Program-made: the position numbers and the translations under genes | Shown here: piece after piece, positions 10,490 through 20,470 of the stretch | Layout: every line of letters starts with the position of its first letter | How positions within the stretch are numbered: the first letter of the stretch is position 1 | Assembly (NCBI GenBank): GCA_964423885.1 | Contig: CAYRGD010000003.1 | Location: 73,270 to 137,269 of the forward strand | DNA from: an uncultured Candidatus Saccharibacteria bacterium | Lineage (GTDB): Bacteria; Patescibacteriota; UBA1384; JACPKC01 | DNA: 64,000 nucleotides | Direction of reading: 5' to 3' | The notes under the pieces: generated by a model | Seen by the model: only the letters and a program-made list of their open reading frames with translations | Database searches by the model: none | What the model was told of the DNA's origin: nothing

Positions 10490-11164
10490 TCACTTGCCCT
10501 GGCGCCGGTCGCGGGTGCGGTACCACTCGATCGCCTGGTCGAGCTCCGCTTCGTTGAAATCCGGCCATAAAACGGGGGTGAAGTACAGTTCGCTGTAGGT
10601 CGATTGCCACGTCAGGAAGTTCGATAAACGTTGTTCGCCGCTTGTGCGGATAATGAGATCGGGGTCGGGGAGACCGGCGGAATCGAGATGATCAGCAATT
10701 GCCTGTTCGGTTACCGCTGCTCCGGCGTCCGTGATCCTATGGACGGCGCGAACGATCTCGTCACGGCCGCCATACGACAGGCATAACGTGAGCACGAGGC
10801 GTCGATTATCCTTCGTGACGGCGCGCAGCTCGCTAAGCGCCGCCTGAAGCGAATCGGGCAGCCGCGAAAGATCGCCCATTGTCCGAACCTGGACGCCTTG
10901 CTGGTAGAGTTCCGTCCGCTTGTCCCGCGCGTACCGCTCGAACAGTTGCATCAGGTGGCCGACCTCTTGGGTCCGCTGCCAGTTTTCGAGCGAAAAACCG
11001 TAGACCGTCAGGCAGGCGACGCCCCGACTGATCGCATGTTCGATGACGCGTGTCAGGTTATCCATGCCCTGGGTGTGGCCGAGCGCGATATCGAGCGCAT
11101 GAGCGCGTGCCCAGCGCCGGTTGCCGTCAAGGATAATGCCGATGTGCCTTGGAATGTCGCCCAC
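10490..11164 (-). CDS. uppS: Isoprenyl transferase (undecaprenyl-diphosphate synthase)
   Basis: HIGIILDGNRRWA motif, with a cis-prenyltransferase fold throughout. Confidence 0.9.
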   Translation of the reverse strand: MGDIPRHIGIILDGNRRWARAHALDIALGHTQGMDNLTRVIEHAISRGVACLTVYGFSLENWQRTQEVGHLMQLFERYARDKRTELYQQGVQVRTMGDLSRLPDSLQAALSELRAVTKDNRRLVLTLCLSYGGRDEIVRAVHRITDAGAAVTEQAIADHLDSAGLPDPDLIIRTSGEQRLSNFLTWQSTYSELYFTPVLWPDFNEAELDQAIEWYRTRDRRQGK

Positions 11165-11222
11165 AGTACTCCTGACACCCTCGCAACGATCAAGTCTACC
11201 CTATGTTCCCAAGAAAGTCTGC

Positions 11223-11228
11223 TAGAAT
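11223..11228 (+). promoter_or_regulatory. Candidate -10 element (TAGAAT) 7 nt upstream of the methyltransferase ATG, giving a possible leaderless transcript
   Basis: TAGAAT hexamer in the divergent uppS/MTase intergenic region. No convincing -35 or SD is present. Sequence inspection only. Confidence 0.25.
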
Positions 11229-11234
11229 CCGGCC

Positions 11235-12329
11235 ATGCGCACGGAACACCTCAGCTATCTTGTCGATCCCGAACGGCACGGTCCGTTGTCGCTCACGGAG
11301 TTTGCCCGGGAGGGCGGGCACGTGACGGCCGGCATCCTGCGTGCCGACACAGCCTGGTATCCGATCATCGGTGGAATTCCCCGCCTTCTCGTCGGCGAAC
11401 TTAGGACGACACTGCTCCAGACGCATGCCGATTTCTTCAAGGCATGGCGCGCCAAGTTGCCGGCCCAAGCGATCGCCGAGTGGCAGCAGGCGCTCGCCGT
11501 GATCCCCGATCTCGACCGGTTCCTTGCCCATCAGCGGCGGACGGCGGAAAGCTTCGCGTTCGAGTGGCGGCACATCTATCGCGAAAACAACTACGAACGT
11601 CAGAATTTTTTTCACTTCCTGGCTCCGTTCATTGGCGAGCGCGAGTTACGTCGGCAGATCACGCTCGATATCGGTTGCGGTTCGGGCCGGTTCACGAAAT
11701 GGGCGGCACAGAGCGGTACGGCAGTCTCGTTCGGCAGTGACCTGGGCGAGTCGGTAGCAGTCGCCTACGAGCTGACGAAAGAGCTTCCGAACGCCTGCAT
11801 CGTCCAGGCCGACATTTACGCGATGCCGTTCCGCGCCTCGATCGATATCGCCTACTCGATCGGCGTCCTGCATCACCTGCCCAAGCCGCAGGAGGGATTC
11901 GCCCGGCTGCCGCTGGTAGTGAAGCCCGGCGGCGAGCTGCTCATTTGGGTCTACAACCGTCGCAACAACGCCCGGGCGCTATACCTGTACGAGCCGCTCC
12001 GCGCCGTTGCGCGGCATCTGCCGAAGCGCTTGTTGCTTGCGCTCTGCTACCTGCCGGCTGCGCTTGTGCATGGCATCAATGTGCTCGGACACGGCCTGCG
12101 CCGTATGGGTTTTACGGGCGCTGCCAAGCGTTTGCCGTTCGCCTACTACATGCACTTCCCGTTCAACATGAAACTCAACGACGCGTTCGACGTATTGGCG
12201 ACGCCGAAAAGCAACTACTACCGCGTCGAAGAGATCCGGACCTGGTTCCGCGAGGCGGGTCTGAAACGGATCCGGACCCACGAGCATCCCGAGGCGGGGA
12301 TTACCGCGATAGGTACGCATGGCGACTAG
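11235..12329 (+). CDS. Class I SAM-dependent methyltransferase with an N-terminal Trm112-like/zinc-ribbon-like domain
   Basis: LDIGCGSGRFT motif I, with downstream motifs of the Methyltransf_11/12 fold. Confidence 0.75.
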   Translation: MRTEHLSYLVDPERHGPLSLTEFAREGGHVTAGILRADTAWYPIIGGIPRLLVGELRTTLLQTHADFFKAWRAKLPAQAIAEWQQALAVIPDLDRFLAHQRRTAESFAFEWRHIYRENNYERQNFFHFLAPFIGERELRRQITLDIGCGSGRFTKWAAQSGTAVSFGSDLGESVAVAYELTKELPNACIVQADIYAMPFRASIDIAYSIGVLHHLPKPQEGFARLPLVVKPGGELLIWVYNRRNNARALYLYEPLRAVARHLPKRLLLALCYLPAALVHGINVLGHGLRRMGFTGAAKRLPFAYYMHFPFNMKLNDAFDVLATPKSNYYRVEEIRTWFREAGLKRIRTHEHPEAGITAIGTHGD

Positions 12330-13428
12330 GCAGCGCATCGTTCATCTGATCGGATCGCTCGGGAGCGGCGGCTGCGAGCATATGCTGCTGCGGACGCTGC
12401 CCCGCCTGCACGACGAGCGGTTCGAGCAGACCGTCGTGACGTTGTTCGCACCGGGCAGCTTGACGTCTCGGTTCGAAGCGGCCGGCGTGGCCGTAGAGTC
12501 TGTTCGCGCGCGGTCGCTGCTGGAGCTTCCAGGCAACCGGGTCCGTACGGTACTCCGCGAGCTGCGGCCGGCGCTCGTGCTCACCTATCTTGCCCATGCC
12601 GACCTGGCCGGTCGGCTTATCGGACCGCGGCTCGGCGCACCGATCCTGCCGTTCCTTCGGACGACGTATAACGGGAACCGCTACTGGTCCGCCCGGCTGT
12701 TCGAGCGGTTGACCGCGCCGCTTGTCCGCCACTATCTGGCCAATTCCGAGGCGGTCGCATCATACTACGAGCGGTCGTACGGCATTGCCCGCGACCGGTT
12801 TACGGTGCTGCCGAACGGTATCGACCTCGCTGCGTACGACGCTGCCGACGGATCGCATATCCGCGCCGAGTTGGGCTTGGATCGACGCGAGCTGCTGATC
12901 GTTTGCGTCGCGAACTTGGCGCGCAACAAGGGCCACCGGTTCCTGCTCAATGCCTTCGACCGGATCGCCAACGAGTGGCCGCAGGTCCGTTTGGTGCTCG
13001 TGGGCGAGGGCGCGGAACAGGGTGCGCTCGAGGCGCAGCGGGCAATGTTGGCTGCGAAGGCTCGTATCCACCTCCTTGGCCGGCGGACGGACGTACCGGC
13101 GATACTCAAGGCGGGCGCGGTGTTCGCCCTGCCGACCGAGTTCGAGGGTATGTCGAATGCCATCCAAGAGGCGATGGCGGCGCGCTTGCCGATCATCACG
13201 ACGGATATTCCCGAGAACCGTGCACTCGTCGCCCACGACCGCTCCGGTCTGCTGGTGCCGGTCGGGGATGCGGCCGCACTTGCCGCTGCGCTCGTGCCGC
13301 TGCTCGACGACGCAGCGATGCGGGAACGGCTTGGCGCCGCTGCGCGGGAAACAGTCGAGGCGCGGTTTTCGATGGACGCGGTACTCGCCCAGTGGCGGAC
13401 GATGTTCGCAGCGCAGGCGCCGGCATGA
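12319..13428 (+). CDS. Glycosyltransferase family 4 (GT-B, group 1)
   Basis: C-terminal EFEGMSNAIQEAMAARLPIITTD motif (E-X7-E region). Confidence 0.8.
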   Translation: MATRQRIVHLIGSLGSGGCEHMLLRTLPRLHDERFEQTVVTLFAPGSLTSRFEAAGVAVESVRARSLLELPGNRVRTVLRELRPALVLTYLAHADLAGRLIGPRLGAPILPFLRTTYNGNRYWSARLFERLTAPLVRHYLANSEAVASYYERSYGIARDRFTVLPNGIDLAAYDAADGSHIRAELGLDRRELLIVCVANLARNKGHRFLLNAFDRIANEWPQVRLVLVGEGAEQGALEAQRAMLAAKARIHLLGRRTDVPAILKAGAVFALPTEFEGMSNAIQEAMAARLPIITTDIPENRALVAHDRSGLLVPVGDAAALAAALVPLLDDAAMRERLGAAARETVEARFSMDAVLAQWRTMFAAQAPA

Positions 13429-14219
13429 ACACGGTGAGCGTCCTGCTTGGGGTGCACAACGGCGAACGTACGCTCGGCCGGTGCCTTGCCAGTATCGCGG
13501 CCCAAACTGTACCGCCGCTCGAAATCGTCTGCGTCGACGACGCATCGACCGACGGCACTGCGGCCGTGATAGCCCGGTGGCAGCAACAGTTCCGGGGGGG
13601 TATGCTCCGTTGTATCCAGAACGCCCAGAACCTGGGCCTCACCAAATCGTTGAACGTGGGTCTCGCCACTGTCCGCGGCACCCATGTCGCCCGGATCGAT
13701 GCCGACGACTGGTGGCAGCCCGACAAACTGGCGCGGCAGCTCGCGTTCGTTGCGGCACGGCCGGAATGCGGCGTCGTCGGGACCGGGTACTGGAATATCG
13801 GGTCGAACCGCCGGACACGGATCAAGCCGCCCGAATCCGACGCAGCGATCCGGCGCACTATGTTTTTCCGCAACCCGTTCGCGCACAGCACGATCCTGTT
13901 CAACACGGCACTTGTCCGCTCGCTCGGCGGCTACGATACTGCCGTCCGGTACGGCCAGGACTACGAGCTCTGGCTGCGCTGCTGGCCGCACACGGCGTTC
14001 GCCAACCTGCCGGAACCGCTCTGCTCCCGCTCCGTAGGAGCAGGTACTATCTCGGCCGCGAAGCAGCGGCAGCAGATGCTGCAAGCGGCCCGGACACAGC
14101 TGCGGTATCTTCGCAGCTACCGGCGTCCGCCAAGAGATTACCTCGGCCTCATCGAGCCGGCTGCAGTCGCGTTTGTACCGGCCTGGATCCGCGACGCCAA
14201 GCGCGCCATCGTGGGATAG
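13425..14219 (+). CDS. Glycosyltransferase family 2
   Basis: Internal Met start MNTVSVLLGVHNGE…VCVDDASTDGT (GT-A DxD region). ATGA overlap with the upstream GT4 gene. The ORF-track N-terminal extension was rejected. Confidence 0.8.
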   Translation: MNTVSVLLGVHNGERTLGRCLASIAAQTVPPLEIVCVDDASTDGTAAVIARWQQQFRGGMLRCIQNAQNLGLTKSLNVGLATVRGTHVARIDADDWWQPDKLARQLAFVAARPECGVVGTGYWNIGSNRRTRIKPPESDAAIRRTMFFRNPFAHSTILFNTALVRSLGGYDTAVRYGQDYELWLRCWPHTAFANLPEPLCSRSVGAGTISAAKQRQQMLQAARTQLRYLRSYRRPPRDYLGLIEPAAVAFVPAWIRDAKRAIVG

Positions 14220-14222
14220 CGT

Positions 14223-15218
14223 ATGACTGTGTTTCTTCCGTTTACGGCGACGGGGTTAGGCGGCACGACTACCTTCGCGGCAAAGTTCAAGGCGGGCATG
14301 GAGGCGCGCGGGCATCGGGTGACGCTCGATGGCTCCGAGGGCTACGATGCGCTGCTCGCGATCGTCCAGTGCCCATTCCGTTACCTGCGCCATGCGAAGC
14401 GCCATGGCAAGCCGGTTATCCAGCGCCTCGATGGTACCTACTATTGGACAGTCGCAGGGTGGACGTTCCCGTTTCGCAACGCGAAAGCGGCACTGACACG
14501 TCACCTGTTTGCCGATGCTACCGTGTACCAAAGCGACTACAGCCGCGATGCGGCCAACCGGTTCCTGGGAGCGAAGCGCGGCAGGGAGGCGGTGATCTAC
14601 AACGGCGTCGATACCGCGCTGTTCTCTCCTCGCGGTCCGCACAATGATCTGCGCGAGCGGCCAGGGCAGACCGTCCTGTTTACCGCGTTGGCGTTCCGGC
14701 GTGAAAACCAGATACTGCCACTGCTTGCCGCGGTTGCCGCGTACCGGAGGCGTTACGATCCTGACGCGCTCTTGGCGATCGCCGGGACCTTTAAGGGCGC
14801 TGCGGCGGCGGTCCCGCAACGGTTCGCCCATCTGCGGCATACCAAGTGGCTCGGGCGGATCGAGAACAAAGCACTGCCTGCGTATGAGCGGGCGGCGGAC
14901 CTGTTTCTGTCCTCGGAATTGAATCCTGCCTGTCCGAACAACCTCATCGAGTCATTGGCGGCCGGCCTGCCCGTGGTCGCGATCGCCAACGGCGCGGTTG
15001 CTGAACTCGTGTCGAACGACGAAGGCCGCCTCGTCCCGTCGGAAACGTTGTTTTGGCGGAAGCGCCGTGAGAATCCGGCTGTGTTCGCGGAGGCGATCCA
15101 CGCGGCTATGCGGGACCGCGCCCGATTGTCGGCGAACGCACGGCGTCGCGCAGAGCGGGACTTTGGACTAGACTCCATGATTAGCAGCTATACGGATATC
15201 CTGAAGGCGTCCCTATGA
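14223..15218 (+). CDS. Glycosyltransferase (GT-B, GT4-like)
   Basis: C-terminal NNLIESLAAGLPVVAIANGAVAELV motif typical of GT1/GT4. Confidence 0.65.
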   Translation: MTVFLPFTATGLGGTTTFAAKFKAGMEARGHRVTLDGSEGYDALLAIVQCPFRYLRHAKRHGKPVIQRLDGTYYWTVAGWTFPFRNAKAALTRHLFADATVYQSDYSRDAANRFLGAKRGREAVIYNGVDTALFSPRGPHNDLRERPGQTVLFTALAFRRENQILPLLAAVAAYRRRYDPDALLAIAGTFKGAAAAVPQRFAHLRHTKWLGRIENKALPAYERAADLFLSSELNPACPNNLIESLAAGLPVVAIANGAVAELVSNDEGRLVPSETLFWRKRRENPAVFAEAIHAAMRDRARLSANARRRAERDFGLDSMISSYTDILKASL

Positions 15219-15865
15219 CGGCAGTACCGATTCGCCGGAAGTTCACGGACTTTACCGACCGCAAAGGCCGGGCAGCCTTCATTGCCAAGGCGTTCGCGGC
15301 AGAGCTCGCGGCGTCGGCAAGCGTGCTTGACGTCGGCAGTGACGTCAATACGCTGAAGCAGCTCGTGGGTCCGAAGGTCACCGGCATCGACCTGTACGGC
15401 GAGCCGGATATCCGCGTCGATTTCGAACAAGACCAGCTGACCCGCTTCAAGGACCGGGAGTTCGAGATGGTAGTGTGCACCGAAGTGCTCGAGCACCTCG
15501 ACAATTTCCATGACATGGCCCGGGAATGTTTCCGCGTGTCGGACCGGTACGTCCTTATTTCGTTGCCGAATTCGCTCAGCCTGTTCACGAAATGGAATAT
15601 CGTGTTCCACGGGACCGCCGGCAAGTTTTACGGCTTGCCGCTCGAGAAGCCCGATGATCGCCACCGCTGGTTTTTCGGCTACCAGGACGTCGACCGGTTT
15701 TTCGCCCGATGGGCGCCGGCTTGGGGCTTCGCGGCGACGAAAAAGTTCTTGACGATCAACTTTTCCGATTCCTGGCGGGGGAAGCTTGCCCGGATCGCCA
15801 CCAAATTCTTCCGTCTCAATAACGCGTCCCAGAGTTACTGGATGCTGTTTGAGCGGGAGCGCTAG
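15215..15865 (+). CDS. Class I SAM-dependent methyltransferase
   Basis: VLDVGSDVN motif I and MVVCTEVLEHL motif. ATGA-type overlap with the upstream gene. Confidence 0.7.
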   Translation: MTAVPIRRKFTDFTDRKGRAAFIAKAFAAELAASASVLDVGSDVNTLKQLVGPKVTGIDLYGEPDIRVDFEQDQLTRFKDREFEMVVCTEVLEHLDNFHDMARECFRVSDRYVLISLPNSLSLFTKWNIVFHGTAGKFYGLPLEKPDDRHRWFFGYQDVDRFFARWAPAWGFAATKKFLTINFSDSWRGKLARIATKFFRLNNASQSYWMLFERER

Positions 15866-17088
15866 TGCGCAAGCCGACCGTTCTGCTGTTCCAGCCGTTT
15901 CTTCGCCCGCCGGTGCTCAACATCGGCGCCTATGTGCGGCAGACCGTGTTCCGCGTGGTCGCTCCACGGCCGGACCGCCCAACCGGTTCCTTGGGTCTGC
16001 CGCCATTCGAGCAGGAGATCAAGCGGACGAAAACGACATGGTTGCACCGCATCCGCCGATTGGTCGGGATCCCCAATGTCAGGATCCGGCTCGATCCGCC
16101 ACGGACCGGCGACCTGTACTTGACCTACGCCTGCTTGCTGCTGACGCCGAAACCGTACTGCATCTACCTTGAAACGGGCCTGGCGCTCTACGCGTACGAC
16201 GCCGGTATCGCCCGGAACCCGATCGCCCGCCTTATCGCAGGCTTCCTCTTGACCCGACGCAATTGCCGGCAGGTCGTGTTCATGAGCGAGGCGTCGCGGA
16301 AAAGTTTTTTTGCGTCTGCGCGCTATCCGGGATGGGTACGGCGGTCGGTCGAAGCGAAGAGCCGCGTCATATATCCGATCCCGATCCGTAAACCCGCTCC
16401 CGTGAAACCAAAGCAGGCCGACGGTCCGATTAAGCTGCTGTTTCCCGGTACGTTTTATATCAAGGGCGGCGTCGAGACCGTGAGCGCATACGAACGGCTG
16501 CGCCGCCACCACGGCAACGTGACGCTGACCGTCGTGACGGCACTCCATGTCCTACGCCAATCCGATCGTGAACGTATGCGTTCGATCCCCGGATTGACGC
16601 TCCGCGACGCCTCGTTGACCGCCGACGAGATGGACGGACTCTACCGCAGCCACGACCTGTTCGTACTTCCGACCTACCGCGACGGTTTCGGCATGGTCGT
16701 GCTCGAAGCGCTTGCCTACGGGCTGCCGGCGATCGTCACCGACCAGTACGCGTTGCCTGAAATGGTCGTTGACGGGCAGAACGGTTTCGTAGTTCCTTCT
16801 CCCCTTAAGGATTACGATCCGGCTACGTACGAGCTGTTCGGGCGGTACTACAATCCCAAGGCGCTCTATGCGGAGCTGTTCCGCCTGCAGCGCGACGGCT
16901 CGCTGCAGCCTATAGAGGACTTTATCGTCGCGTCGGTCGAGCGATTCCTGAGGGATCCGGCTCTCGTAACGGCCATGTCGCAGGCGTCGCTCGACCGATA
17001 CCGGCGGATCTTCGATCCCGACCTGTTGGGCCGGGCGTTCGATGACGTCTTCGTCCACGCCGTGCGACCTAGGACTTCCCGCGGCTAG
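15865..17088 (+). CDS. Glycosyltransferase family 4
   Basis: GTG start overlapping the upstream stop (TAGTG). C-terminal GFGMVVLEALAYGLPAIVTD…NGFVV motif. Confidence 0.75.
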   Translation: MRKPTVLLFQPFLRPPVLNIGAYVRQTVFRVVAPRPDRPTGSLGLPPFEQEIKRTKTTWLHRIRRLVGIPNVRIRLDPPRTGDLYLTYACLLLTPKPYCIYLETGLALYAYDAGIARNPIARLIAGFLLTRRNCRQVVFMSEASRKSFFASARYPGWVRRSVEAKSRVIYPIPIRKPAPVKPKQADGPIKLLFPGTFYIKGGVETVSAYERLRRHHGNVTLTVVTALHVLRQSDRERMRSIPGLTLRDASLTADEMDGLYRSHDLFVLPTYRDGFGMVVLEALAYGLPAIVTDQYALPEMVVDGQNGFVVPSPLKDYDPATYELFGRYYNPKALYAELFRLQRDGSLQPIEDFIVASVERFLRDPALVTAMSQASLDRYRRIFDPDLLGRAFDDVFVHAVRPRTSRG

Positions 17089-18313
17089 CGTTATGCCGGC
17101 GATATTCGATCCCGAGCAGGATGACCCCGATGATCTGCAGTGCATACGCGTATCCGACGAAGCCGGCGAACGCACTTGCCGTCCGGCACCAGAGAAAGAT
17201 GCCTAGGGCGGCGATATAGGCTGCAACGGCGGCCCGGGTAGCCAGCCACGGCGTTCCGAGTCCCGTGAAGTATGTCGTCAGATAGGAACGGAGCGGCATA
17301 AAGGCAATGGTGCCGGAAGATGCCAAGGCCAACGGGTAACTTTCCTGGAACCGTCCGCCATACAAGGCCGCGAAACCCAGGCGGATGCCGATTGCCGCCA
17401 ACAGGGCGCCAATGCCCCCAAGCATCAGGTTCTGTAGGATGATGCGGCGATGGTCGAGCGCGGTCTGCCGGATGATTTTCGGCAGGTACGTGGCCGAGAG
17501 CGCGCTTACGAACCCGTTCGCCGCGCTCGCGAAGGCATACGCGAGCATGTACGTGCCGAGCGCTGCCTGGCCTGCCACGAGGCCGACGATGAGTGACTGT
17601 AGGCTTTCCGGAAGGGCAGCTGCCAGTTTTTGCAATGTGTACGCGGCCCCCTCGCGCAGCGGCAACCGGCTCCGCTCGTTCGGAATGGCGCGGGCCACGC
17701 TCCGGTAAAAGTACGTGATGCACCCGGCATTTACGATGAAGTATCCGGCGATCAGGCCGACGAGCGGCCAGTGGCGTGCCAGGCCGAAGACGAGTATTCC
17801 CGTGGAGAGCAGGTTCTGCAGCAGGATGCGCAGCGTCGGTGCGCGGAAATCCTGCTTGCCCTCATAATATGCGTACCAATTGTTGAGGCCGTAAAATACC
17901 GGTGCCGCGATCCCCGCGATCCCGAACGAGTAGCCGAGCCCCGGTTGACCCTGCGCAACATACCAGCTGCCAATAGTTACGAGGATGGCGGTCGTCAGCA
18001 GGTTCATCGCAGCATTGAGGCGGGTTGCGCCCAGAAGGATTTCCGGCTTCCCCTGTGCGACGCCGCGTAAACTGACGGTATTGAGTCCCGGTAGGCCTGC
18101 GAGCGAGGCGAGCGAGGCCGTGGCGAAGACGAATTGGTAGTTACCGTACAGTTCGGGTGACCCGAGGCGGGCGAAGGCGACCGATGTCGCGATCGAGAAC
18201 GCGCTCGCCGCGGTATACCGGAATCCGACCCAAAAACCGCTGGCAGCGAAGTACTGTACGTCGAGGCCGAGTTTTCGGCTCAGCGCATCAAGGAGTCGTC
18301 CGCCGTTGGTCAT
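17069..18313 (-). CDS. Polysaccharide biosynthesis protein/oligosaccharide flippase (Wzx/MOP superfamily)
   Basis: ~12-14 TM helices spread throughout. Start placed at the internal Met (MTNGG), which gives an ATGA overlap with the upstream GT4. An alternative start lies at 18346. Confidence 0.7.
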   Translation of the reverse strand: MTNGGRLLDALSRKLGLDVQYFAASGFWVGFRYTAASAFSIATSVAFARLGSPELYGNYQFVFATASLASLAGLPGLNTVSLRGVAQGKPEILLGATRLNAAMNLLTTAILVTIGSWYVAQGQPGLGYSFGIAGIAAPVFYGLNNWYAYYEGKQDFRAPTLRILLQNLLSTGILVFGLARHWPLVGLIAGYFIVNAGCITYFYRSVARAIPNERSRLPLREGAAYTLQKLAAALPESLQSLIVGLVAGQAALGTYMLAYAFASAANGFVSALSATYLPKIIRQTALDHRRIILQNLMLGGIGALLAAIGIRLGFAALYGGRFQESYPLALASSGTIAFMPLRSYLTTYFTGLGTPWLATRAAVAAYIAALGIFLWCRTASAFAGFVGYAYALQIIGVILLGIEYRRHNASRGKS

Positions 18314-19440
18314 GGACGCACGACGAGTTCCAGTAGCTTGCGGCATTCCCGGGCCACGTCGAAGTCCCGTTCGATCCGCTCACGCGCCTGCTGCCCGCGC
18401 GCCGTGCGTGCCCCGGAATCACCGATCAACGCGCGGAGCGCTGTTTCAAGGGCTGCGTGATCGCCGGCGGGAACGGTCGCGAACGCCGGGTCGTCGAGCA
18501 GGATGCACACGCCGCCTACGTCGCTGGCAACCGGTGCGCAGCCAGCAGCCATCGCCTCCATGAGCGCGTTCGGGAGCCCTTCGGCGTACGACGGCAAGAC
18601 GAAGATATCCATCGCTTTGAGTATGTCCGGGATGTCCGTGCGGTGACCAAGGAAGCGGATCTGCGGTCCGGCATAACGCCGGACCGCCTCGTCGCGTTCT
18701 TCGGTCGATCCTACGAGGAAGAACGTGACGTTCGGATGTTTCGGCGCAAGCACTGCGGCTACGGCGAGCAGATCGTCGTAGCCTTTCACCGATTCAAGGC
18801 GTCCGACGTAACCGACGAACACGTCGCCCGGGTTCTTCGGAAGGTCGGCGGCAGGACGGGCCGTGCGGAACCGGTCAAGGTCGACGCCGTTGTGGACGAC
18901 GGAGTGCGGGAGGTTCAATCGTTTGGCGACCGGCACGAGCCCTTCATGTAATAGTACGACGTGATGGGCGCTTTTCAGCACCAGGAGTCCGACCGTCCAG
19001 GCATAGAGACGCATGACGATGCCGACTACCGGGTTGCGCGGGAACCAGTTGATACCGGGAAACGTGTCGGTTTGGACGATGACGCGTTTGCCCATGATGC
19101 GCAGGAACGGGGCAGCGAGCGACGAGAAAAACATATGCTTGTTCACGAGGAACGCGTCCGGCCGTTCCCACTTCATGATACGCAGGAGTTCGGGAATGAG
19201 CGTCGGGATAATCCCGTAATTGATCGGATCAGGCAGGAACAGGTCCCATAGGCGGTAGATGGTGAGCGAGTCGGATACGACCTCTCGCCCGACTGGCGAC
19301 CCTGCTGTGACTACGACGACCCGACAATGTTTCGACAATTCGGTCGCGGTGGTGACCGCGCTCCGCATTGCGCGCCGTTCGCCGTGGACGGCATCCGCGA
19401 ACCGCGGGGCAATGAGTAGGATGGTCGGGCGGTTCGTCAT
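18310..19440 (-). CDS. Glycosyltransferase family 4
   Basis: Start at MTNRPTILLIAP. C-terminal EGLPNALMEAMAAGCAPVASDVGG motif. ATGA overlap with DUF2304. Confidence 0.8.
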   Translation of the reverse strand: MTNRPTILLIAPRFADAVHGERRAMRSAVTTATELSKHCRVVVVTAGSPVGREVVSDSLTIYRLWDLFLPDPINYGIIPTLIPELLRIMKWERPDAFLVNKHMFFSSLAAPFLRIMGKRVIVQTDTFPGINWFPRNPVVGIVMRLYAWTVGLLVLKSAHHVVLLHEGLVPVAKRLNLPHSVVHNGVDLDRFRTARPAADLPKNPGDVFVGYVGRLESVKGYDDLLAVAAVLAPKHPNVTFFLVGSTEERDEAVRRYAGPQIRFLGHRTDIPDILKAMDIFVLPSYAEGLPNALMEAMAAGCAPVASDVGGVCILLDDPAFATVPAGDHAALETALRALIGDSGARTARGQQARERIERDFDVARECRKLLELVVRP

Positions 19441-19784
19441 CGCCCGGCGTTCGGGTCGTCCGGCAGGTCGCGCAGCGCGAGCCTGGTCACGAGCCGGTTG
19501 AGCACCCGTTCGGTCCGGTCCGCTTTCACGTAGATACGGTAGGAGAGGAACAAGAGGAAAATATTGCCGATTCCCAGGATCGTGCCCACGCCGGCCTGCG
19601 GCCCCAGGATATGGTCGCGGACCCAAAACGTGACCCCGGGAAAGAACGCCATCACGAGAACGCCGAGCCAGGCTGCGAGCCAGAACAGGAAGACGGGCAA
19701 CGGCTCGCGCCGCCGCCGGAAATCGTCAAACGATTTCACGAGAACAAGGGCCGCGAAAAAGGCGGCGATGGCTTGGGCGATCAT
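19437..19784 (-). CDS. DUF2304 family small membrane protein
   Basis: 115 aa with three TM segments. Characteristically paired with a DPM1-like GT2 (the next gene), with an ATGA overlap. Confidence 0.65.
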   Translation of the reverse strand: MIAQAIAAFFAALVLVKSFDDFRRRREPLPVFLFWLAAWLGVLVMAFFPGVTFWVRDHILGPQAGVGTILGIGNIFLLFLSYRIYVKADRTERVLNRLVTRLALRDLPDDPNAGR

Positions 19785-20470
19785 CGGTCTCCTATGATGA
19801 CGCGGGTCGCGAACCGCAGGAACGTCACGACGGCCGTAATAGGGTTCTGCCCCTTGGCTTTCGAATAGTCGGTATAGATCGTTTTGACCGGCACCTCGGC
19901 AAGCGTCAGCCCGGCCTGCTTGGCCGCGTACAGGATTTCGGTGCAGATCTCGAAGCCGCCGGTGGTCAGGTGTAGCCGCTGCACCGCGCTACGGCTGTAG
20001 GCGCGGTAGCCGGACTGGGAGTCGGTCGTTTCGATCCCCCATCCGACGTGCAGGATAGCGTTCATGAGCTGGTTCCCGATCCGGCGGATGGCCGGCATGC
20101 CGGCCGGCTCCAAGAGCCGGGTACCGACGACAAGGTCGGCCTGGCCTGCGATGAGCGGTGCGAGTAGGCGGGGCAGGTCGGCGGGATCGTGCTGACCGTC
20201 GGCGTCCATCGTCACGACAAGGTCGGTATCGAGCTGCCGCGCCGCTGCCAAGCCGGTGGCCGTGGCGACGCCGACGCCGCGGTTGACGGGGTGGCGGAGT
20301 ACGGTCGCACCGGCATTCCGAGCTTCGGCTGCGGTGCCGTCGCGCGAGCCGTCGTCGACCACGATCCGGTCGATCCGGCCGATGCCGCCGAGTGTTGCGG
20401 GTAGCGCGCGGACGACGTCGCCGATCACCGGTGCTTCATTGTATGCGGGAATAAGGATCGCGAGCGTCAT
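19781..20470 (-). CDS. Glycosyltransferase family 2 (dolichyl/polyprenyl-phosphate sugar synthase-like)
   Basis: LAILIPAYNEA…VVDDGSRDGT motif. 229 aa, typical of DPM1/GtrB-like GT2. Confidence 0.8.
   Translation of the reverse strand: MTLAILIPAYNEAPVIGDVVRALPATLGGIGRIDRIVVDDGSRDGTAAEARNAGATVLRHPVNRGVGVATATGLAAARQLDTDLVVTMDADGQHDPADLPRLLAPLIAGQADLVVGTRLLEPAGMPAIRRIGNQLMNAILHVGWGIETTDSQSGYRAYSRSAVQRLHLTTGGFEICTEILYAAKQAGLTLAEVPVKTIYTDYSKAKGQNPITAVVTFLRFATRVIIGDR

Noticed and set aside
12765-14084. Long minus-strand ORFs (439 aa and 261 aa) across the GT4/GT2 genes
   Set aside because: They are antisense to motif-bearing glycosyltransferase genes and have low-complexity translations.
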